DNA from: an uncultured archaeon
GTDB lineage: Archaea; Nanobdellota; Nanobdellia; Pacearchaeales; GW2011-AR1
DNA length: 64,000 nt
Reading direction: 5' to 3'
Assembly (NCBI GenBank): GCA_902385635.1
Contig: CABMGN010000004.1
Coordinates: 21-64,020 of the forward strand
Positions 43,583 to 52,862 of this stretch are shown piece by piece. The notes below the pieces were generated by a model. That model saw nothing but the letters and a program-made list of their open reading frames with translations. It had not been told where the DNA came from and did not search any database. The first letter of the stretch is position 1. Each line of letters begins with the position of its first letter. A program made the translations under genes and the position numbers.

Positions 43583-44767
43583 ATGTTATTAGGTCTTGTT
43601 GGGAAGCCTTCTGTAGGAAAATCAACTTTTTTTAAAGCAGCAACTTTAGCAGAAGTAGAGATAGCATCCTACCCATTTACAACCATAAAAGCCAATCACG
43701 GTGTAGCTTACGTGAAAATAGACTGTATTGATAAGGAATTTAACACGCAGTGTATGCCTAAACACGGTTTCTGTATAAATCATAAGAGATTTGTACCAAT
43801 AGACCTAATGGATGTTGCCGGGCTTGTTAAAGGTGCCTCGGAAGGAAAGGGTTTAGGGAATCAATTTCTAGATGACTTAAGAGAAGCAGATGTTTTTATT
43901 CAAATTGTGGATGCTTCGGGAACAACAGATGAGGGTGGAAAAGAAACGAAAGGCCACGATCCGTGCGAAGATGTTGAAATGTTAACAGAAGAGTTAGATA
44001 AGTGGTATCATAATATTCTAATGAAGGTTTGGAAGACTTTTGCAAGAAAAGTTGAGTTAGAAGATCAGAATCTTGCCGAAGCTGTTGCTAAACAGTTTTC
44101 TGGGCTCAAGGTTAAAGATTACCAAGTAAAAAAAGTTTTATTAAAAGTAAATTTTCCAGGAAAACCAAGTATGTGGACAGAAGATCAGACATTCAAGTTC
44201 GCTTCGGAGTTAAGAAAAGAGAGTAAACCTATGATTATTGCTGCGAATAAGGTTGATATTGAAGAAGGGAAAGCAAATGTTGAAAAATTGAAAAAGAAAT
44301 TTTCTGAATACATGATAATTCCGTGCTCTGCTGATGCGGAGTTAGCATTGAGACAGGCAGCAAAGGCTGGAATGATTGATTATATCCCTGGAGAGAAAAC
44401 ATTCACAATAAAAAAAGAGTTGAATGAAAAACAAAAAGAAGCTCTTGAAAAAATTAGAAAGAATGTTCTAGAAGTTTATGAGTTCGGGACAGGTGTCCAG
44501 GAAGTTTTGAATGCTGCGGTTTTTGATTTGTTAAAGTATATTGCTATTTTTCCGGCCGGAGCAACAAAGCTTGCAGACAGCAAGGGAAATATCCTTCCAG
44601 ATTGTTTTTTGATGCCTCCGGGAAGCACTACTCTAGACTTCGCTTACGCTTTACATACTGATTTTGGAAAGAATTTCATTAAGGCAATTAATGCAAGAAC
44701 AAAGATGGCTCACGGAAAAGACTATTTGTTAAAGCACAGAGATGCATTTGAGATTGCTACACGATGA
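43583..44767 (+). CDS. Obg-like GTPase/ATPase (YchF/Ygr210-type) with C-terminal TGS domain
   Basis: G1 'GKPSVGKST', G3 'DVAGLV', G4 'NKVD'. C-terminal TGS-like 'TTLDFAYALHTDFG'. Confidence 0.85.
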   Translation: MLLGLVGKPSVGKSTFFKAATLAEVEIASYPFTTIKANHGVAYVKIDCIDKEFNTQCMPKHGFCINHKRFVPIDLMDVAGLVKGASEGKGLGNQFLDDLREADVFIQIVDASGTTDEGGKETKGHDPCEDVEMLTEELDKWYHNILMKVWKTFARKVELEDQNLAEAVAKQFSGLKVKDYQVKKVLLKVNFPGKPSMWTEDQTFKFASELRKESKPMIIAANKVDIEEGKANVEKLKKKFSEYMIIPCSADAELALRQAAKAGMIDYIPGEKTFTIKKELNEKQKEALEKIRKNVLEVYEFGTGVQEVLNAAVFDLLKYIAIFPAGATKLADSKGNILPDCFLMPPGSTTLDFAYALHTDFGKNFIKAINARTKMAHGKDYLLKHRDAFEIATR

Positions 44768-45768
44768 GGTTCAATAGAAAAATGAGCAAAGTATATTTTT
44801 CAGAGGACTTGGATAAAATTCTAGAAACAATTGATTACTCTAAACTTGGAAAGAATGTTGCAATCAAAGTTCATTTTGGAGAAAAGGGATGTACAACATA
44901 TTTAGATCCAGAAATAGCTAAAAAAGTATACGAGAAAATTATTAGTCTAGGAAAAAAAGCAGCGCTTGTAGACTGTAATGTTTTATACAAGGGATCTAGA
45001 ACAAATACTACAGACCATATAAAAACTGCAAAAGAACACGGATTTGGTTTTGCTCCAATCGATATTCTCGACGGAGAGTTAGGAGAGGAATTCATCGAAG
45101 TTAATGGGTGCAAGATTGGGGCTGGAATAAAAAAGTACGATTCTATGATTGTTCTCACTCATTTTAAAGGGCACGGAGAAACCGGCTATGGGGGAGCGTT
45201 CAAGAATATCGGGATGGGTTTAGGAAGTCGTGCTGGAAAACTGCAAATGCACGGGGATCTAAAATTATCAGTGATAAAAGAGAAATGTATTGGGTGTGGA
45301 GTTTGTAAAGCACACTGTAATTACGGAGCAATAGAGATTATTAATGGAAAAGCAGAAATAAACCAAGAGAAGTGCGTTGGATGCTCTATGTGTGTTGCGG
45401 TATGTGAGCAAAGGGCAGTTAACCTCCCGTGGGCCGAGGTAGCCAGTGAAAAAGTACAGAAGAGAATTATAGACTATGCTGAAAGTGTTTTGCGATTAGT
45501 CCCGAATCAGATTTTTATAAGCGTTTTAAAAAATATAACTCCCGAATGTGACTGTTGGGATATTGTGCAAAAACCAGTAATGGCAGATATTGGATTTTTG
45601 TACTCTGAAGATATTGTTTCTATAGATAAGGCAAGTTTATATTTAGCAAATAAAAAGTCAGAAGGAAATTTTGATAAGATAAATTCTGTGAATAAAAATA
45701 TTCAAGTTGATTATGCTTATGAAAAAAAGCTTGGAGAGAAAGAGTACGAATTAATTGAATTAAAATGA
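44764..45768 (+). CDS. DUF362 domain protein with 2x[4Fe-4S] ferredoxin insert
   Basis: 'CIGCGVCKAHC' and 'CVGCSMCVAVC'. ATGA overlap with the upstream stop; alternative start at 44782. Confidence 0.7.
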   Translation: MRFNRKMSKVYFSEDLDKILETIDYSKLGKNVAIKVHFGEKGCTTYLDPEIAKKVYEKIISLGKKAALVDCNVLYKGSRTNTTDHIKTAKEHGFGFAPIDILDGELGEEFIEVNGCKIGAGIKKYDSMIVLTHFKGHGETGYGGAFKNIGMGLGSRAGKLQMHGDLKLSVIKEKCIGCGVCKAHCNYGAIEIINGKAEINQEKCVGCSMCVAVCEQRAVNLPWAEVASEKVQKRIIDYAESVLRLVPNQIFISVLKNITPECDCWDIVQKPVMADIGFLYSEDIVSIDKASLYLANKKSEGNFDKINSVNKNIQVDYAYEKKLGEKEYELIELK

Positions 45769-45971
45769 AACTCTCAGTTAAACTTCATCCAAATAGTTCT
45801 CAGGAAAAAATTGTTAAAATAGACGAGAAAAATTATGAAGTCTGGATAAAAGAAAAACCTATTGAAGGGAAAGCTAATGAATTTTTAGAGAAGTTCCTAA
45901 AAAAGTATTTTAAGAAAGAAGTCAAGATTACTTCTGGATTCACAAGCAGAAAGAAAATTATTGAAATATGA
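45765..45971 (+). CDS. DUF167 (YggU-like) protein
   Basis: 'V.IKEKPIEGKANEFL.KFL' is the typical DUF167 core. Confidence 0.6.
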   Translation: MKLSVKLHPNSSQEKIVKIDEKNYEVWIKEKPIEGKANEFLEKFLKKYFKKEVKITSGFTSRKKIIEI

Positions 45972-46348
45972 AAGTTCTATCATTAAAACAGCCCTTTGCA
46001 GAGCTAGTTGTTCAGGGAAAAAAGACAATTGAATTAAGAAAATGGAATACAAAATTTAGAGGAGAATTTTTAATCCATGCCTCAAAAGTTCCAGACAAGA
46101 AATCAATGGAGAGGTTTGGATTCAAAGATCTTCCTTTAGGAGCAATTGTTGGAAAAGCGAAATTAGTTGAGGTTAAAGAGTATAAAAGTGAAGAAGAACA
46201 TAGGAAAGACAGAGATAAACATCTGGCTTCTGATTTTTGGGGAAATTATGGTTTTGTTTTAGAAAATGCACAAAGAATAAAGCCAATTCCCGCAAGAGGA
46301 AACTTAAATTTTTGGGAATTTAAATATGACACGGACAGAGAATCTTAA
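45968..46348 (+). CDS. ASCH (PUA-like) domain protein
   Basis: 'LSLKQPFAELVVQGKKTIELR'. Confidence 0.65.
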   Translation: MKVLSLKQPFAELVVQGKKTIELRKWNTKFRGEFLIHASKVPDKKSMERFGFKDLPLGAIVGKAKLVEVKEYKSEEEHRKDRDKHLASDFWGNYGFVLENAQRIKPIPARGNLNFWEFKYDTDRES

Positions 46349-46847
46349 AGTCAAGTTTGGTTAATTTTTCTAGGGACTTTCGCATATCTGAAGGATTAGA
46401 TCCAGGAATATCTGTTCTACCGATAATACCTCTGTGAAATAAAGTATCCCCAGAAAATAAAATCTTTTCTTTTGGGAACCACAAACAAACCCCGCCTTTA
46501 GAATGCCCGGGAGTTTCTATTAAAACCACTCCAGGAAGATTTAGTTCTTTAATGTCTAAAATATTCTCCTTTCTTGAAAAATCTTTATCGCTTCCGTATA
46601 TTTTTGCGTTTTTAAAAAGAGAGATGTTTCCTACATGATCAAAATGGCCATGAGTTAGAATAACTAAATCGATTTTTTCTGCAGGAGTTTTTAATTCTTC
46701 TAAAGACTTCTTTAGTTCAAGAAAATTCCACTTAGCCCCTGTATCAACCAGTATATTTTTCTTTTTGTATTTGAAAAGATAGACACAACTACCAAACAAA
46801 GAAAAGTCTATCTGCCAAAGATTCTCTGCTAATTTGTGAATTGTCAT
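46320..46847 (-). CDS. MBL-fold metallo-hydrolase
   Basis: 'ILTHGHFDHVGN' (HxHxDH). Confidence 0.85.
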   Translation of the reverse strand: MTIHKLAENLWQIDFSLFGSCVYLFKYKKKNILVDTGAKWNFLELKKSLEELKTPAEKIDLVILTHGHFDHVGNISLFKNAKIYGSDKDFSRKENILDIKELNLPGVVLIETPGHSKGGVCLWFPKEKILFSGDTLFHRGIIGRTDIPGSNPSDMRKSLEKLTKLDFKILCPCHI

Positions 46848-46859
46848 GTTTGTAGAATA

Positions 46860-47282
46860 ATGACTAAGTTATATAAAGATTACTTTGATTTTGCCTCAAT
46901 GAGATACGAAGTAGCTCCGGATTTACAACAACGTGCGAGTGAAATTTCTAAAATTCTTTTTCCGCATGTAGATTTAGAGAGAGTTAAATGTTTCAGAAGT
47001 TACGGAAGTTCGTCTAGAGGAACAATTGCTAGATGTCATGCGCTTGGAAAACTAATGCAGAAAGCTCTAAATGTTAGAGCGCATTACGCTTTAGAGTTTA
47101 TTTCAGAAAAGTTTGACAAAATGTCTAAAGAAGAGCAAGACAAGGTAATAATCCACGAATTAATGCATATTCCTTTTGCGTTCGGGGGTGGATTCAAACA
47201 TCACGACTATGTTTGTGAGAAGAATGTTAAAGAGATGTACAAAAGATTTATTAGTGTAAAAAACCTTAACCAGTTTAGATAA
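46860..47282 (+). CDS. putative Zn metallopeptidase (HExxH, SprT/COG4900-like)
   Basis: 'VIIHELMHIP'. Start moved to the ATG at 46860. Confidence 0.55.
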   Translation: MTKLYKDYFDFASMRYEVAPDLQQRASEISKILFPHVDLERVKCFRSYGSSSRGTIARCHALGKLMQKALNVRAHYALEFISEKFDKMSKEEQDKVIIHELMHIPFAFGGGFKHHDYVCEKNVKEMYKRFISVKNLNQFR

Positions 47283-47285
47283 AAG

Positions 47286-47831
47286 ATGTTAGATAAAGCG
47301 CTATTTTTACTTTCTGAAGCAGTGACTCCTAGAAATCAGACTTCTATAGGAAAGATGTTCGGACAGTGGGAACAGGCGGGTTTTTTTGCTTATATAATTC
47401 CTTTCTTGATAATTTTCGCGCTTTTATACGGAATTCTTAGTAAGATAAAAATATTTGGGGAGGATTCTAAGAAGGTAAATGCTATTCTATCTGTTGCTAT
47501 TGCTTTAATCTCTGTACAATTTAGTTTTTTAACTGACTTCTTTTCAGCATTATTCCCAAGGTTTGGAATTGGTATTGCAGTAATCCTGGTAGCTATGGTT
47601 CTTATGGGTCTTTTCTTTGAAGAAAAGCATAAAGGAACAATGATGTATGTTGGGGGAGGAATCTTTGTTATTGTGCTTCTATCTACATTCTTCGCTTTAG
47701 GTTGGGGTGCTGACTGGAATCTAGGAGAGAATCTCCCATTAATCTTGATGGTTGTTATGTTCTTGGCTTTATTATGGGCTGTGTTGAAAGGAAAGAAAAA
47801 ACCTGAGAAGAAAGAAGAAAAAAAGGAGTAA
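47286..47831 (+). CDS. polytopic membrane protein
   Basis: 181 aa, 5 hydrophobic helices, K/E tail. Confidence 0.5.
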   Translation: MLDKALFLLSEAVTPRNQTSIGKMFGQWEQAGFFAYIIPFLIIFALLYGILSKIKIFGEDSKKVNAILSVAIALISVQFSFLTDFFSALFPRFGIGIAVILVAMVLMGLFFEEKHKGTMMYVGGGIFVIVLLSTFFALGWGADWNLGENLPLILMVVMFLALLWAVLKGKKKPEKKEEKKE

Positions 47832-47832
47832 G

Positions 47833-48303
47833 ATGAAAAAGGACTTGAAGTATCGTAAAGGGGTGTTTATAGTTACATTTGCTAGGACCTCTAACGGAGT
47901 GGAATATTTGCTTCTAAAAAGAAAATTACACTGGACAGGGTGGGAATTCCCTAAGGGGGGTATTGAAAAGGGCGAAGATACTGAAAAGGCAGTAAAAAGA
48001 GAGTTAAAAGAAGAGACTGGGCTCACACCAATCAGAGTAAGAAGTATGTATGTTCGAGGGAAATATGATTATCCTAAAGTATTCAAAGATAGGCCGGGAA
48101 TTAAAGGAATGCAATGGAAACTTTTTATGGCTGAAGTAAAAAAAACAGACAAAATTAAGTTAGATAGTAGAGAACATGTTGGATTTAAATGGGTGGATTT
48201 CAAAACAGCAAAAGAACTTGTAAAATTCAAAGAAAAAAAAGATTCTTTAAAGGCAATTCAGTCCCATCTGAGAGCGTGGGATTTTATACTAATACGTAAA
48301 TAA
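47833..48303 (+). CDS. NUDIX hydrolase
   Basis: Nudix box 'GGIEKGEDTEKAVKRELKEETGL'. Confidence 0.85.
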   Translation: MKKDLKYRKGVFIVTFARTSNGVEYLLLKRKLHWTGWEFPKGGIEKGEDTEKAVKRELKEETGLTPIRVRSMYVRGKYDYPKVFKDRPGIKGMQWKLFMAEVKKTDKIKLDSREHVGFKWVDFKTAKELVKFKEKKDSLKAIQSHLRAWDFILIRK

Positions 48304-48337
48304 CAAAGAATTTAAAGAGTATTTTTATTGTAGGTTT

Positions 48338-48922
48338 ATGGAAGAAAATTCTTTTAACTATAAAAAATATAGATGGTTTTTCACAAAATCAGAGAAACTT
48401 GTGTATGGGGGAAAAAGTGCAGAGCAGAACGAAGAAATTCTAAATGAAATTGCAAAAGATAAAAAAGAAGATTATGTTATTATGCATACAAAAGATCCGG
48501 GAAGTCCATTTGCAATTATTGTTGCTCCAATAAAAAAGATTTCTGAAGAAGACCTTGTGGAAACAGCGGTCTGGACTGCTTGTTTCTCTAGAGCGTGGAG
48601 AATGGGGAAGAAGAAAGCGGTTGTTGATGTTTTTACAAAAAGCCAACTTTACAAAATGAAAAGTATGAAAGCTGGAACTTGGGGTGTCAAGGGAAAAGTT
48701 GAAAGAAAAGATGCTCAGTTAAAGCTAGTTCTAACTTTACAGAAGGGGATTGTTAGAGCAGTACCTTTTGAAAGCTTAAATCCGGAGGATAAAATAATCT
48801 CAGAAGTTTTTCCAGGAAAGATCCCGAAAGAAATATTCTCAAAAGTAATTGCAGATAAAATAAAAAAACCATTAGAAGAAGTTTTAATGGCCTTACCTAC
48901 TGGAGGTTTTAAGGCAAAATAA
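48338..48922 (+). CDS. DUF814 / NFACT-R RNA-binding domain protein
   Basis: 'VYGGKSAEQNEEIL....DYVIMHTKDPGSPFAII'. Confidence 0.6.
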   Translation: MEENSFNYKKYRWFFTKSEKLVYGGKSAEQNEEILNEIAKDKKEDYVIMHTKDPGSPFAIIVAPIKKISEEDLVETAVWTACFSRAWRMGKKKAVVDVFTKSQLYKMKSMKAGTWGVKGKVERKDAQLKLVLTLQKGIVRAVPFESLNPEDKIISEVFPGKIPKEIFSKVIADKIKKPLEEVLMALPTGGFKAK

Positions 48923-48923
48923 T

Positions 48924-49181
48924 ATGCCTCGTTCAACACCGCAGATAGCAACAATTCAGATTGGAAAAAACGGCTTAACAGAGAATTTTTTTGAGACCCT
49001 TGAAGGGTATTTTAAGAGGCATCTTTCTGTTAAGGTCATTGTTCTAAAATCTGCTAGTCATGAGAGAGCAAAAATAAAAGAGTACGGAGATAAAATTCTC
49101 GAACGATTGGGTAATAATTATACTTCTAGAACAATTGGATTCACTATTATTTTTAAGAAGTGGCGAAAACCTGTGCGATAA
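48924..49181 (+). CDS. YhbY/CRM-domain RNA-binding protein
   Basis: 'IQIGKNGLTENFFETLEGYFKRHLSVKVIVL'. Confidence 0.7.
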   Translation: MPRSTPQIATIQIGKNGLTENFFETLEGYFKRHLSVKVIVLKSASHERAKIKEYGDKILERLGNNYTSRTIGFTIIFKKWRKPVR

Positions 49182-49264
49182 GAAAGTTTATAAATCTTCG
49201 AAAATCATAATTTTTAGCTAAATGGCTTAGGCCAATCTAACACCGCAAGGTGTGGCAAACAACA

Positions 49265-49687
49265 ATGAGTATATACGAATCAGATCCACAAGACTATAAT
49301 AAAAAATTAGCTGAAGCTCTAAAAAAGATTCCAGAATTCAAGGCACCCGAATGGGTTGAATTTGTAAAATCTGGGGCAGGTAAAGAAAGGCCGATTGATG
49401 ATCCGGACTTCTGGTATAACAGAAGTGCTAGTATTCTTAGACAGCTTTACAAGAGAGGAGTTGTAGGAGTTTCTAGATTAAGAAATAAGTATGGTAACAG
49501 ACAGAGAAGAGGAGCAAAGCCACCTGAATTCAAGAGAGCTTCAGGTAAGATAATCAGAACAGTTCTACAACAGTGCGATAAAGCTGGATTCACAGAAGTT
49601 GTTAAAGAGACAAGAGGCTTAAGAAAGAAAAAGCCTGGAAGAGTTCTAACCAAGAAAGGAAAAGATTTCATGGAGGCAATAAAGTAA
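49265..49687 (+). CDS. rps19e: 30S ribosomal protein eS19
   Basis: 'PEWVEFVKSGAGKERP..DPDFWY.R.ASILR.LY'. Confidence 0.9.
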   Translation: MSIYESDPQDYNKKLAEALKKIPEFKAPEWVEFVKSGAGKERPIDDPDFWYNRSASILRQLYKRGVVGVSRLRNKYGNRQRRGAKPPEFKRASGKIIRTVLQQCDKAGFTEVVKETRGLRKKKPGRVLTKKGKDFMEAIK

Positions 49688-49688
49688 G

Positions 49689-49892
49689 ATGGCAACTAAG
49701 AATGCTAATAAGAAAGTAAAGCTTGCTGTAGCAGGAAGACAAACAAAGTGGGCTCCAATTTGGATTATCTTAAAGAAATACGGTAAAGGAAAAAAAGTTC
49801 ACCCGTCTGTTGTTACAAGGCATAGAAGACACTGGAAGAGAACTAAATTAAGAGTTGGCCCAATTAAAGAGACAAAGAGACATCTAGGATAA
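49689..49892 (+). CDS. rpl39e: 50S ribosomal protein eL39 (with short C-terminal extension)
   Basis: 'KKVKLAVAGRQTKWAPIWII.K....V...VTRHRRHWKRTKL'. Confidence 0.8.
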   Translation: MATKNANKKVKLAVAGRQTKWAPIWIILKKYGKGKKVHPSVVTRHRRHWKRTKLRVGPIKETKRHLG

Positions 49893-49893
49893 A

Positions 49894-50454
49894 ATGAATA
49901 AGAAAAATAAAGTCAATTACGAAAGTCTGGAAAGAGTTTATGTAATTAATGTTAGGTCTCAGGTAAATGTCGTTCCAAGATACAGAAGGACAGAGAAAGC
50001 AATCAAGACAATAAAAGAATTCATTGCAAAACATATGAAGATTCCTGAAAGAAATTTGAAAAATGTCAGACTAGACAGATATCTAAATGAATATATGTGG
50101 GGAAGGGGAATTCAGAACCCACCGATGCATGTTAAAGTTAAAGCAGTTAGAGAAAAGGATATTGTTAGAGTTGAATTAGCTGAAATGCCTAAAGATCTTG
50201 AGTTCAAGAAAAAGAAGGAAGAGAAAAGACATACAGCTAGTGCGCCAGTTAAAGCAAAGAAAGTTAAGGAAGATGCTGAAGCAAAAACAGAAGATAAAGA
50301 AAAGAAAGAAGAGGCTAAAGAAAAAGAAAAAACCTCTGCTGAAGCAACAGAAAAATTAGAGAAAGCAAAACACAAAGAAGCAAAGCACGAAGCTATGCCT
50401 AAGACAAAACCCGCTGAAAAGAAAGACCATTCTAAAGGCAAGCAGGGGCATTAA
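49894..50454 (+). CDS. rpl31e: 50S ribosomal protein eL31 with ~90-aa K/E/A-rich C-terminal extension
   Basis: 'RVYVINVR...RYRRTEKAIKTIKEFI.KHMK...VRLD..LNEYMWGRGIQNPP'. Confidence 0.85.
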   Translation: MNKKNKVNYESLERVYVINVRSQVNVVPRYRRTEKAIKTIKEFIAKHMKIPERNLKNVRLDRYLNEYMWGRGIQNPPMHVKVKAVREKDIVRVELAEMPKDLEFKKKKEEKRHTASAPVKAKKVKEDAEAKTEDKEKKEEAKEKEKTSAEATEKLEKAKHKEAKHEAMPKTKPAEKKDHSKGKQGH

Positions 50455-50488
50455 GTAAGTTTTTATAATTCTAAAGGTTCAATGTTTT

Positions 50489-50914
50489 ATGGTAAGAATT
50501 AATCTAGTTAATCCTAAATTTTTAACAGATCAGCACCTTGTTGCAGAGTATGATGAGATCCTTATGTTAGTTAATCATACAAAAAAGTATCCTAAACCCA
50601 AAAAAGAAGTTAAAGCCTATAAATTGGGAAAGGGGCATATTAATTTTTTCAAAAATAAAATGAAATATCTTAAAGAGAGACACGAATTGATTAAGAAAGA
50701 AATGATAAGAAGAGGTTTCAAAACAAGAAAGAGTGTCAGTTTTTCCGGTTTAGATAAAAAACAATTAAAGAACTGGGAACCAAAAGATCCGGATTTGAAG
50801 TTAATAAAGAGAAGGTTAATTCAGAAAATAAATAAAAAGCCAACTTGGTACAGATACTACGGGGAGAACATTGGAAAGAAAAAATTATTGGAGATAACAA
50901 AAAATGCTAAATGA
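50489..50914 (+). CDS. pyrimidine-dimer DNA glycosylase (T4 endonuclease V family)
   Basis: 'MVRINLVNPKFLTDQHLVAEYDEI', 'GKGHINFF', 'RGF', 'KPTWYRYYG' parallel T4 DenV blocks along the whole length. Confidence 0.85.
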   Translation: MVRINLVNPKFLTDQHLVAEYDEILMLVNHTKKYPKPKKEVKAYKLGKGHINFFKNKMKYLKERHELIKKEMIRRGFKTRKSVSFSGLDKKQLKNWEPKDPDLKLIKRRLIQKINKKPTWYRYYGENIGKKKLLEITKNAK

Positions 50915-51611
50915 AATAAAGCAAGAACTTCAGTCTATTGCAGACCCAGGAAGGGCCAGGAAGTGTAAGAGTTATTTTAAAACAGGAAAGGGGCAGTACG
51001 CAGAGGGGGATATTTTTATAGGGGTTGGTAGTCCAAAACAGAGGGAGTTAGCTAAGAAATATAAAGATATTCCTTTAAACGAATTACAGGAATTACTTAA
51101 CAGTAAGATTCACGAATACAGACAGACTGCTTTGTTCATTATGGTTATTAAGTTCAAGAAAGCTAAGAAGAATCCTCTTGAAAAAAGGCAAATTTTCGAA
51201 TTGTATATGAAGAACACGAGCAGGATAAATAACTGGGATCTTGTAGATTGTTCTGCTCCGCATATTGTTGGAGAATTTCTTCAGAAAGAGGGGGCAGAAA
51301 GATTAAAGCAGTTAGCAAAGTCGGAAAATCTCTGGGAAAGGAGGATTGCAATTATTTCCACATTTGCATTTATTAAGAACAATAATTTTGGGGATACCCT
51401 AGCAATTTCAGATATGCTTTTGAAAGATGAGCATGATCTGATACACAAAGCAGTTGGTTGGGGGCTAAGAGAAGTTGGTAAAAAGAATAAAAAAGTTTTA
51501 GAATTGTTTTTAATGCAGAGATACAAAGAAATGCCCCGAACAATGTTAAGGTACGCTATTGAAAAATTTCCTGAAGACGAACGTAAAAAGTGGATGGCAA
51601 AAGAAAAATGA
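50904..51611 (+). CDS. DNA alkylation repair protein (AlkC/AlkD HEAT-like family)
   Basis: 'NNWDLVD.SAPHIVG', 'LWERRIAIISTF', 'KAVGWGLRE'. Confidence 0.75.
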   Translation: MLNEIKQELQSIADPGRARKCKSYFKTGKGQYAEGDIFIGVGSPKQRELAKKYKDIPLNELQELLNSKIHEYRQTALFIMVIKFKKAKKNPLEKRQIFELYMKNTSRINNWDLVDCSAPHIVGEFLQKEGAERLKQLAKSENLWERRIAIISTFAFIKNNNFGDTLAISDMLLKDEHDLIHKAVGWGLREVGKKNKKVLELFLMQRYKEMPRTMLRYAIEKFPEDERKKWMAKEK

Positions 51612-51937
51612 AAATTCAGATGCATTTACATAACGAACCATTTGAGAAGGTAAAAAAAGGTCTGAAAGTAGTTGAAGGAAGGGTATTAGACAAAAAAAGG
51701 AAGGAGATTCTCAAAGGAAATGAGCTCGTCTTTATCAATCGTAAAGATGAAGAAAAGGTCTTTGTTATTGTTACAAAAATTGAAAAATTCAAATCCTTCA
51801 CTCAAATGTGTGATAAAATAAAAAGTGAAGATTTAGGATATAAGAGTAAAGAAGAATTTCTTACAGAATTAAAAAGGTTCTATTCGAAAGAAGATGAGAA
51901 AGAAGGGGTAATAGCTATCTCGTTTAAGTTAAAATGA
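51608..51937 (+). CDS. ASCH-domain protein
   Basis: 'MHLHNEPFEKVKKGLKVVEGRVLD'. ATGA overlap with the upstream stop. Confidence 0.55.
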   Translation: MKIQMHLHNEPFEKVKKGLKVVEGRVLDKKRKEILKGNELVFINRKDEEKVFVIVTKIEKFKSFTQMCDKIKSEDLGYKSKEEFLTELKRFYSKEDEKEGVIAISFKLK

Positions 51938-52836
51938 AAATTTCAATATCAAAAATAAAACAGAGTAAAACAATTAGAGAATTACTGGAATTTGGAATCA
52001 TAAATATAGACAAACCTTCTGGACCAACTAGTTTCTCTACGTCAGAATTTGTTTGTAAAAAACTTGATTTAAAAAAAACCTCCCATTTCGGAACACTTGA
52101 CCCAAAAGTTACTGGCGTTCTTCCAGTTGCGCTAAATCGTGCTTGTAAACTAACTGGCTTTTTTCTTGGAGAAGACAAAGAGTATGTTGGGATTATGAGA
52201 ATTCATGAAGATGTTGAAATGAAAAAAGTTCAAGAGATAATAAATAAAAAATTCCTTGGAACAATCTCGCAAAAACCCCCGGTAAAGTCAAGAGTAAAAA
52301 GAGTTTTCAGAGAGAGGGATATTGAAAAGTTTGAACTTCTAGAGCAGAATGAAAAAGATATTATGTTTAGAGTTATTTGCCAGGGTGGAACATATATAAG
52401 AAAGCTTATTGATGATTTGGGAAAAGAGATTGGCGGAGCACATATGCTAGAGTTAAGAAGAACAAGGGCTGGAATCTTTGAAGAACATAATAAAGAGTAT
52501 CCGGCAGTTAGTCTTTATGATTTTGAAAAAGCTGTTGATGAATTTAAAGAAGGTAAAGAAGAAGCACTAAGGAAAATGATTATCCCGGCAGATATTGTTT
52601 TTGAGGTTTATCCTTCTGTTTTTGCAATTCGAGATTCTATGAAAAATTTGTTTAATGGAAGTCCATTACATATGGATCAGTTAGCAAAAAGAAAGCAATC
52701 AGATGATTTTGAAATAGGGGATAAAATATCGGTCTTTTCCAGAGACGATTTTATTGGAATGTATGAAGTAATCAAAAAAGAGAACATGTTTGCAAAACCT
52801 CTTTTTGTACTTCACACTCCAGACTGGAAAAAGTAA
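51934..52836 (+). CDS. cbf5: H/ACA RNP pseudouridine synthase Cbf5
   Basis: 'IINIDKPSGPTS', 'HFGTLDPKVTGVLPV', C-terminal PUA-like segment. Confidence 0.9.
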   Translation: MKISISKIKQSKTIRELLEFGIINIDKPSGPTSFSTSEFVCKKLDLKKTSHFGTLDPKVTGVLPVALNRACKLTGFFLGEDKEYVGIMRIHEDVEMKKVQEIINKKFLGTISQKPPVKSRVKRVFRERDIEKFELLEQNEKDIMFRVICQGGTYIRKLIDDLGKEIGGAHMLELRRTRAGIFEEHNKEYPAVSLYDFEKAVDEFKEGKEEALRKMIIPADIVFEVYPSVFAIRDSMKNLFNGSPLHMDQLAKRKQSDDFEIGDKISVFSRDDFIGMYEVIKKENMFAKPLFVLHTPDWKK

Positions 52837-52862
52837 TTAAACACAAATTAACTATTTAGTAT

